A DNA stretch of 64,000 nt, from assembly GCA_946965045.2 (NCBI GenBank), contig OX337239.1, positions 2,108,001 through 2,172,000 on the forward strand, written 5' to 3'. This DNA comes from Epithemia pelagica (lineage: Eukaryota > Protista > Bacillariophyta). The notes under the pieces were generated by a model. It was not told where the DNA came from. It saw only the letters and a program-made list of their open reading frames with translations, and searched no databases. This document shows positions 55,201 through 64,000 of the stretch, piece by piece. Position numbers and translations under genes: made by a program. Positions within the stretch are counted from its first letter, which is position 1; each line of letters starts with the position of its first letter.

Positions 55201-57882
55201 TCCGTAAACGGAAAGGCTACAAGTACTTTACGAAGTTAGACATCTCCATGTGTTTTTACACATTCCGCCTCGATGAGGAATCCAGTAATCTTTGCGTCAT
55301 TACCACGCCTTTTGGCAAATTCCGTTACCGTCGCTTGCCGATGGGTGTTAAACAGTCCCCTGACTTCTGTCAGGAGATTATGGAAGACGTCCTCAAGGAC
55401 TTCAGCGACCATGTTGAAGTCTATATCGACGACATTGGCATCTTCTCCAATTCTTGGGAAGAAGATGTGAACATCCTGTCCAAAGTTCTCCAACGTCTTC
55501 AATACAAGAACTTCTCCATTAACCCTTCCAAATGTGAATGGGCCGTTAAAGAAACGGAATGGCTCGGCCATTGGCTCACGCCCACTGGGATCAAACCCTG
55601 GAAAAAGAAGATTTCTGCCATCTTGGCATTGGCTCCGCCAAAAACCATGAAAGAACTACGTTCCTTCATTGGCATGATCAATTTCTATCGCCACATGTAT
55701 CCGCAATGATCTCATATTCTTGCTCCCCTCACATCCATTACGGGTAACAAGACCCTCGTGTGGTCCCCGCAATGTCAACGTGCTTTCGAACAAGCCAAGT
55801 CCATGCTCGCACATGATGCCTTCCTTCGGTATCCCGACCATAACCTTCCCTTCCATGTCTATGTGGACGCCTCTGATTATCAGCTTGGTGCTGTAATCAT
55901 GCAACAAGACGTTCCCGTCGCTTATTACTCTCGCAAGTTAAACCCTGCTCAACGCAACTACACTTCTATGGAAAAGGAGTTACTCTCCATTGTCGAAACT
56001 CTTAAGGAGTTCCGCTCCATGCTTCTCGGCTGTGCCGAACTGCACGTCCATACGGACCATAAAAATCTTACCTACGCTACGCTCAACTCGCAACGGGTCC
56101 TCCGTTGGCGGTTGTTCCTCGAGGAGTATAACCCTATTTTTCACTATGTCCCTGGCCAGGACAATGTCATCGCCGACGCCTTGTCGCGTCTCCCTCTCTC
56201 TGAAGAGGAGGAGAAGAGTGTCTCTCCGTCGTCGACCTCCTCTACGGATGCCTCGCCGCATCCACGATCGCTCTATGATCATAGCGGACAACACTCAGTG
56301 TTGCAAGTGCCTCATGGCCCTAATGATGACCCCCGCTCTCATCACTCGCGTGATCCTGACGCTTTCGAATCTCCCATCATCCTCCCATCAACGCAAATCA
56401 ACCATTGCCCGTCGATTACGCGACGATCCATCAACACCAACAAAACGATGCCGCTCTTGTGGCCAAGTTGACCGAACAACCACAGAGATTCCATCTCCAA
56501 CCCTTCCCTACGGAAAACCCACAATACAACTTGATTTGTTATCGTCAAAATCCTAATGCCGCATGGCGTATTCGTATCCCAGACAGCCTCTTGGCACATA
56601 CCGTCAATTGGTATCACCTGTCCCTCAATCACTTGGGGTCTACACGTCTTCGTGAGACAATCTCTATGCACATGAGTCATCCTAATTTGGGTTTGTATTG
56701 TGAACAAGCCGTGGCTAGTTGTGCTACATGCCAACGCTCTAAAGTCATACATCGCCATTTTGGTGAACTCCCTCCTCGCGAGGTCCGAGGCAATCCATGG
56801 GCTGACATCTCTGTCGACCTCATTGGACCGTGGAACGTCACCGTTCATGGGCAGAAATTAACATTTCAAGCCTTGACTATTATCGATAATGTCACTAACT
56901 TCTGCGAACTTATTCGCATCCATGACAAGACGGCACGTCATGTGGGTCTTCAACTGGAGAACGCGTGGCTCTCACGCTATCCACGTCCCGTTCGTTGCCT
57001 TTTTGATCAAGGTGGTGAATTTATCGGACATGCGTTCACGCAAGTTCTTCGAAACCATGGCATTAAGCCAGTGCCGTTGACGGCCAAGAATCCTCAATCA
57101 AATGCTCTTTGCGAGCGCTTACATTTGACTGTTGGCAACACTCTTCGTGTGATCACCAACTATGAACCACCACAAGACGCACAAAATGCGGCACTTGCCG
57201 TCGATACTGCTCTGCAGACCGCTGCGTATTCCACTCGCACTGCCATTCATGGCGCCTTGAAATATTCTCCCGGCAGCCTTGCGTTCCATCGCGACATGCT
57301 GTTCGACATCCCTATTATCGCGGACATGGAAACAGTCCGTCTGAAACGACAACAGATTGTCGATGAACGCGCTCGTCTCGCAAATCGTTCTCGTGTCTTT
57401 CATGATTACGCTGTCAACGATCGTGTGTTGCTCCGCGCCACGAATCCGGACAAGCTTGAGCTTCGCACAAGCCCCAATCCCTTTCGGATTACACAGGTCC
57501 ATTCCAATGGCACTGTGACTATCCAACGTGGTCCCCACGTCACTGAACGAATCAACATTCGTCGCCTTGTTCCATTTCGTGAATAAATGGGTTTTAATGC
57601 TGGCCACCAAGCTTTCCCATTCTTGTCCCGCTCGAACTCCCTCGGTCCGACCAGGGAGAGGTAGAGTGCGGTACCCCTATATGGATCCCGCCATACGTGT
57701 CACCACGTTCCATTCCCGGTTCGCGTTCTTGACACTGCGACATGAATCTTCCGCCATCTGGCTGTTCCTCCTCCAGTCATTTCTCGTCGCACGTGGCACT
57801 GTGGATTCCTCATTCCCCCTAATTCCTCGTAATTCCTAAAGATCACAATTTTTATACCGTGCTATTTTACATGGGTATGGCA
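52210..57882 (+). mobile_element. Full-length Ty3/gypsy LTR retrotransposon
   Basis: 216-bp TG...CA LTRs at 52210-52425 and 57667-57882, identical by eye; TSD CGCAT (52205-52209, 57883-57887); PPT GGGAGAGGTAGAG; domain order gag-PR-RT-RH-IN. Confidence 0.97.
52554..57586 (+). pseudogene. Ty3/gypsy gag-pol with one premature TGA and one frameshift
   Basis: [42 protein letters not shown] plus DLIGP/DQGGEF/CERLH. TGA at 55707-55709 and a -1 shift near 56381-56386. Confidence 0.92.
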
Positions 57883-58183
57883 CGCATCTCCTACACATCC
57901 TATGCACTCTCCATCGACTGTATACCATAAACTGTTAGGACAAGTGGATGCGAGTAAGGCAAAGGAAACGAAAAGTGCGACTGAAGAGGAAAAGGCCCAA
58001 TGGACTTTGGTGACACGTCAGAGTCATAGGCACAAGATCGAGGCGAAACAAACAAATGAGCCAAGAGGAGGCTCATTCTTTTTAAAATAACACGAGATCA
58101 TCTCTAGTGGTTACTTGTACGGTACGACCGGAGTTGTGTTTCAACATATTTTAAAAAGAAAACAATCATTCAGCTTACACTGA

Positions 58184-58786
58184 ATGTCGAATAGTGGAGG
58201 TCCGTGTTCTGAAGGTCCCGCGGATGGTCCAATCTCAAGATTGATAACTGCCTTTATACGCCTCCAACGAACAGAAAAGCGCAAGACCGGCCAGCTGGAA
58301 CAAGCCCACGAAGACCGTCTTCGTGCGGTGGACCGCCGGTACTGGGCTGATAAAGCCCAGTTAGAACAGCGCTATCAAGAGGAACGTGCTACTGAGAATA
58401 CGCGGTATAGACAAGCGCTTCGTGAAGCAAGAAACCAGTTTGAAGCCGACTCAGGAGCAGTATACAGAACAGCACTTGAAGAAGAAGAACATATTTTGGG
58501 ACAAGCAGAACGAGGTGAACTACTACCTGAAGCAGCAGCAGTTGAAGTTGAAGACACAGAAGAACAAGAAGTAGAAGACGTGATTCAAGTTCACTCGAAA
58601 GTCTCAGTCCTCACTCCTGTCAAGTTGGCGCAACACGCTAGGGGGATTTCGAATCTTCAAGGGACTGTCGTGAGATACACAAAGTCAGGCGAGCAAGTTT
58701 GGGTCCGCATTTGGAACAAGATCACGAACAAGATTGAAGAACATCGAAGACAACTCAACAACGTGAAACTCATCCGAGAATCATAA
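58184..58786 (+). CDS. Accessory ORF upstream of Copia gag (coiled coil plus SH3/KOW-like C-terminus)
   Basis: Intact 200-aa ATG-TAA ORF between the putative LTR and gag, followed by GC and the gag ATG. It has a Glu/Arg-rich helix and a beta-rich VSVLTPV...LQGTVVRYTKSGEQVWVRI...NVKLI segment. Confidence 0.7.
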   Translation: MSNSGGPCSEGPADGPISRLITAFIRLQRTEKRKTGQLEQAHEDRLRAVDRRYWADKAQLEQRYQEERATENTRYRQALREARNQFEADSGAVYRTALEEEEHILGQAERGELLPEAAAVEVEDTEEQEVEDVIQVHSKVSVLTPVKLAQHARGISNLQGTVVRYTKSGEQVWVRIWNKITNKIEEHRRQLNNVKLIRES

Positions 58787-58788
58787 GC

Positions 58789-61700
58789 ATGTCAGAAGCA
58801 AGACCTGACCAAGTGGACTCAGGTGGTCGAGGACGAGGACAACAAGGACGAGGTAGAGGAAACCAAGGCCGTGGTCGTGGCGGACGCAACCGAGGAGGTA
58901 CAACTAGTAAATTTGAAGGACAAGAGCCCTTGCTCAAAGGGTGTATTTTTGATTACGCTGAAGACTCCCAAGCGAAGAGATACTTAAAAACATAGAACTA
59001 TTAATCGGTTATATCGGAACCAAGTTCTCGAAATACAACCAAGATTTTCAAGTCGCTGTGGAGAACCTCAACCTACAAGACCCAGTTGCACCAACGGAGC
59101 CAGGACCTACTGCAACCAACATCCAAGTCGAAGCCTGGAAGATGGAGTACAAGCGAATGATGGATAAGCGAGATGCAGTGGCAGATTTTCAATCTGCTCT
59201 ATATAGTATTATATTGGGACAGTCAACAGAACTCCTCAAGGATAAACTTCGTGCTCACAAAGACTTTGGATCAATTCAAACCAAGAGAGACAGGATTGAG
59301 TTATTGCAGCTCATAAAAACAACTACCTTCACCTACCAGCCTGGGAGAGTTTACACTGGAATGGCAATGGATCGAATCCGGTTTGACTTTTATCACTTGA
59401 AACGGCATCCCGGTCAGAGTGTCCACCAGTTCTATGAAGTGTTTAAGGCAAATGTGAAAGTGATAGAGGAACTTGGAATTATCCTCTATGATGCTGCCTA
59501 TGTTGAAGAGATTGCTAAGAAAAATGGACGTGCTGGCAACGCCATCGATGAGGATACAATAGAAGCTCAAGAAAGAATGATCGTCAATCGCTTCATTCGA
59601 GCATGCCAGCAGAAGGAGTATGAAGCTCATCTTCATAACAACTTCCTAGATGGACAGAATATTTATCCAGCTACCTTGGCCGACGCTAGAGCAATCATGG
59701 ATGCAAGAATGTCAAGAAAACAAGAACAACAGAGTCAACATGATACGACAAATGCAAATGGAGGTACTGGTGTTGCATTCATCACCGATTCAACAACCAC
59801 TACAACAACTACAAATCAAGGCGACACCCAAGGTGGTGCCAATCAACAAGGTTTGAATCATACTGACCATATATCAACTGTTATTCCAATCTCACCTGTT
59901 CTTTCTCTTTCAACTTCCCAGACTAACATACCCAAGACCTGGATCCTACTCGACAACCAGGCAACAGTCCATGTCTTTTCAAATCCACAACTTCTACGAA
60001 ATCAACCATCCAAGGCCCCACATCAGATAACAAAACGGGGACATGGGGGATCCAGGACAACATCACTTCAAGGCAAATTTGACCCTTATGGAACGGTCTG
60101 GTTTGACCAAGGGGGCTGGGTCAACATCCTCTCATTCTATATCATTACCAAAACCCACAAGATCAAGTACAACGACGACAACGATACATTCACAGTATAT
60201 GACAAAAATGGAGACCAGGTGGACTGCTTCAAATCAAATGGAGATGGCTTGTATTATACTGAGCGTAATTCAGATAATAAATCATGCCTAGTCACCACTG
60301 TGTCTAAGAATAAGCAAGGATATACGGAGAATGAAGTTGCTCGTGCTAAGGGAGTCCGGTCGCTTCAAGCAAAAGTAGGGCGACCAAGTGACCGTGAACT
60401 GTGTAAGATTCTGGACTCAAATTTACTTCCGAATTGCCCATTCACGAGTCATGATGTCAAGTTAGCAATGAAAATCTTTGGACCCGACATAGGGATCCTA
60501 AAAGGAAAAACAACGCGAAGACGCCCACACAAAGTGGAATTCCAAGAACTCGTTGACGTCCCCATCCCGGACAAACACAAAGATGTTGTTCTCAGCATGG
60601 ATGTAATGCATGTTAATGGCGTGGGTTTCCTTGTCACCGTCTCTCGGAATATCAAGTTCGGGACAGTCCATACCCTACCGTCAGTTACAGATCAGTCTGT
60701 CATTACGGCAATCAAACAGGTAGCGTCAATATATCGACGAGGAGATCTGAGACCACGTGTTCTCTTAGCTGATGGAGCCTTTGATACGACAGAGATCAAT
60801 GCAGCACTCAACAACATTGGGATCAAGCTCAACCCAACTTCAAGAGAAGAACATGTTGGTGAGGTGGAGCGATACATACGAACGCTCAAGGAACGAATGC
60901 GTTGTGTATATAACACACTCCCATTTCGCTATGTCCCAAGAATTATGGTGATTGAACTGGCAAAGTATGCTTGTTATTGGCTGAACGCTTTTCCAGCATC
61001 CCAAGGACTTTCCAACACGCTCAGTCCTAGAACTCTCGTAACTGGGGAAATGATTGACTTTAATCGTCACTGCAAATTTGAATTTGGTCAGTACGTCCAA
61101 ACCCACGAGCAGCATTCAAACAACATGGGACCAAGAACAGTGGGAGCAATTGCCCTTTGCCCTACAGGGAACCGCCAGGGAGGATACTACTTCATGAGCC
61201 TAGTCACTGGCCGAATCATCAACAGGAATCATGCAACAATTGTGCCAATGCCTGAAGGCATCGAAAAACGCGTGTATGACTTAACCAATGCGCAAGATCG
61301 GTACCCAAATTTGGCATTTGGCAACCGTGACAACCGAATTGTAGCCCTCGAATTTGATGATGATGATGAATCAAACGATGAGGAATTCATTGTTGACGAA
61401 GAAGAGCAAGATATTGATCTTCGGTATGATGAAGAGTATATTGACGGCGAGCTAGAAGAAGTGGATGAAGAGGTAGACGAGGAAGATGAAAACCATGGAT
61501 TGGGTATGGAGGTCATCGGTGAGGAAGAGGAAGGAATTGGTGATCCAATGGAGGAGATGGAGGAAAATCAAGGAGTGGGGGATCAAGGAGTGGAGGATGT
61601 GGAAAACGATGATCAAGTATTCGACCAACCATCAGTAGAAGGAGAACCTTTCGATGGTCCGATCAATGCTCCAGCTGCAGAAGGAGAACCTTTCGATGGT

Positions 61701-63186
61701 CCGATCAATGCTCCAGCTGAAAATCCAGGAGTGGAGCAGTATCACGAAGGAGAACTCAATGAAAATCCTGTATTGGCAAATGAGATTGACCAACAGGACG
61801 AACAAAATATAGAATATTTTGTTGATCAAGCCGTGGCAGACAACATGTTAGCAGAGAACCAAGCTGAGCCGGCCCTGGAACCAGAACCCAGGACAGAACC
61901 CACTGCAGCACCAAGTGGCGACAGAGACCCATCGGAACGAAGATACAATCTACGTACAAATAGAGAACGTAGCTACACGCATAGATATGACCATGATATC
62001 TATGTGACAAGCGCTACCAACGAAACTCCACAGATGGGTATGAAACAAGGAGTGAGGATGTTTGGAGATCTGGGAGTCTCGGCAGTCAAGAAAGAAGTTC
62101 TACAACTTCATGACCGAGACGTGATTCGAGCAATTCACAAAAGCCAACTTACAAAAGAACAAATACGCCAAGCCTTAGGACACTTGATGTTCCTAAAGAG
62201 AAAAAGGAATGGGAAGATCAAAGGTCGTGGTTGTGCAGACGGTAGAAAGCAGCGGGGTCATATTGCAAAGGAAGACACAGTCTCACCAACAGTATCAACC
62301 GAGGCGGTATTTATCACGGCAATAGTTGACGCGATGGAGAAGCGAGAGGTGGCAGTAGTTGACATCCCAGGTGCATTTATGCAAGTAATCATGGACAAGG
62401 ACGTCTATATGCGCATAACGGGACTGATGGTCGACCTCTTGATCGAAATTGACAAAAGCTACGAACAATTTGTGGTTTATGAACGTGGAGAAAAAGTTAT
62501 ATATGTGGAATTACTACGAGCTCTATACGGTACACTCAGAGCAGCAAGACTATTTTGGGAGAAGCTCACAAGTGTTGTGAAAAGCTGGGGCTTCGAGATT
62601 AATCCATACGATTCTTGTGTGGCAAACAAAACAATCAACGGCCATCAGTGTACTCTTACCTGGCATGTGGACGATCTTAAGATCTCTCACAAAGATCCTG
62701 CCGTGGTAACGCAAATCATTGAGGATTTGAACAGCACTTTTGCCACCCTTGGTGAACTGTCCATGTCACGTGACAAGCGTCATGATTATCTGGGAATGTG
62801 GTTGGAGGAAGCGCCAAAGGAATTTCATGGCAAAGCCTTGACACCAGCAGCTAATCATCTCTTCATGGTGACAGAAGAGTCCCCAAAACTGAAACAAGAC
62901 CAAGCCGACTATTTTCATAGTCTCACTATGCAGCTCATGTATTTGGCCCAACGGGCACGACCTGATTTGAGAGCAACTATGGCTTTCTTGAGTACTCGAG
63001 TTGCTGAGCCGACTGAGGAGGACTGGAGGAAACTCTCCCGACTAATGAAATACCTGCAGTCGACAAAAGACCTCCTGTTACGCCTCAACTGTGATGGGAG
63101 TGGCATTGTCAAATGGTGGATTGATGCGTCATACGCAATTCATCCAAATATGCGTGGACATACTGGAGCAGTCATGTCAATGGGAC
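58789..63186 (+). pseudogene. Copia gag-pol with frameshift at about 58990 and internal deletions
   Basis: RG-rich gag start, FEG...LKGCIFD; PR WILLDNQAT; IN MDVMHV/LADGAF/EVERYIRTLKER; RT DIPGAF/LYGT/WHVDD/HDYLGM; RH WIDASYA. The A5 run at 58986-58990 restores KNIELL with one more A. Confidence 0.88.
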
Positions 63187-63944
63187 TGATAAACTTCTCT
63201 CGATTCAACAGGGGTTAGACAGATAGGTAGGATAGGTAAAAGGCTCGCTGAGCCGACAATCGAATCACCAACCGATACAACAATCCTCCACGGGTCAGAG
63301 AAGAGTTGCAAGTCGAAGTCCGCCGTGGGTGGGGGCAGTCCGTCCACTGATAAGAGGTTAGTCTTAAGATGAGTGTTAAAATGGTGATATTAATGATTGT
63401 GTGACGATTACTAACTAAGGTGGTTGATGGTGCCGAAGTCCTGGCTCTTGTATACGGCCATGGATCTGGTGTGATAGGTCCTCACTGGTTGGAGTAGACC
63501 GGCATTGGTGTATATTGAATGTATAGGGTGATGGATAACATGTATGGGATGCAACAGCTCTTGCTTTGTCGTGGTATAAGTCTTGTCCTGGACGCGTTGC
63601 TGTTTGCATTCTTGGATTTGTGGGAACAGAGATATGGTCTCGCGTGATCGTGATTCGTGCTTTGATTACATAGACCGTTAGGTCGAATCGTGGATGCGCG
63701 TACTCGGATAGTAGAGGCGCGCACTTGATAGTTTTGGGCGCGCACGTGTTGGGCCATAGTTAATATCCGAGCGGTCGCCGATAACGCGTGCAATGCGAGC
63801 ATGCCTTGGCCAAATTTATAGTTTCGCAAGCATGCCGACATTCTTTTCTCACTTTTAGGAAAATGTCATCGGATGCCATAAAATACTAGCATCATTCGAT
63901 GAGTTGTAGGTTTCGCCACCTAGTTTTCGGTGGGAATCCTAACA
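63187..63944 (-). mobile_element. 3' LTR (758 bp) of a second LTR retrotransposon inserted antisense into the Copia RNase H
   Basis: The minus strand reads PPT GGGGAG (63950-63945), then TGTTAGGA...GTTTATCA. Its end coincides with the break in the host RH ORF. The body lies beyond the window. Confidence 0.75.
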
Positions 63945-64000
63945 CTCCCCACAATTCGTCGAATGAGGATTGTCAATTCCCTCATCACTTTCCTGGATTT

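Larger units (their letters stand above)
57933..63186 (+). mobile_element. Ty1/Copia (diatom CoDi-like) LTR retrotransposon, interrupted in RNase H; putative 5' LTR 57933-58146
   Basis: Domain order PR-IN-RT-RH. The candidate LTR TGTTAGGA...TTTCAACA is tentative because the 3' LTR is outside the window. The sequence breaks after HTGAVMSMG. Confidence 0.88.

Noticed and set aside
58980-59000. Programmed -1 ribosomal frameshift in Copia gag
   Set aside because: No complete X XXY YYZ slippery heptamer, the site is only ~68 codons into gag, and a one-base loss from an A6 run explains it more simply.
63415-63841. Short ORFs at the right edge
   Set aside because: They lie within the 758-bp LTR and have no protein signature.

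Overview
Eukaryotic nuclear DNA, most likely from a diatom. The evidence is short GT-AG introns, several bipartite plastid presequences (signal peptide plus an ASA-F-type cleavage site), a diatom-type class C GPCR and diatom-type Copia/Ty3 retroelements. About 15 intact-looking host genes are present: atypical cytochrome P450, thylakoid-lumen protein, M17 leucyl aminopeptidase, La-motif protein, M6/InhA-type membrane protease, Ubc6-type E2 with an apparent signal peptide, beta-propeller/2OG-Fe(II) dioxygenase fusion, MATE transporter, fibrillin-like protein, RlmN, HNH-like protein, TTI1-like protein, SatP/GPR1-type transporter and START protein. There are two pseudogenes (GPCR with two amber stops; a truncated RlmN duplicate). 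Mobile DNA comprises nested DNA-transposon remnants at 1-3 kb, a decayed 5.2-kb block flanked by identical 248-bp repeats, a 922-bp hAT with an 8-bp TSD, a full-length Ty3/gypsy element with identical LTRs and a 5-bp TSD, and a Copia element with an extra ORF upstream of gag that is interrupted by another LTR element at the right edge. No rRNA, tRNA or CRISPR array could be supported. The strongest leads are the accessory ORF in the Copia element, the P450 lacking the I-helix Thr, the HNH-like gene placed behind a duplicated RlmN/TTI1 divergent promoter, the lumen-facing Ubc6 and the propeller-dioxygenase fusion. All family assignments come from motif recognition by eye; no database search was run.
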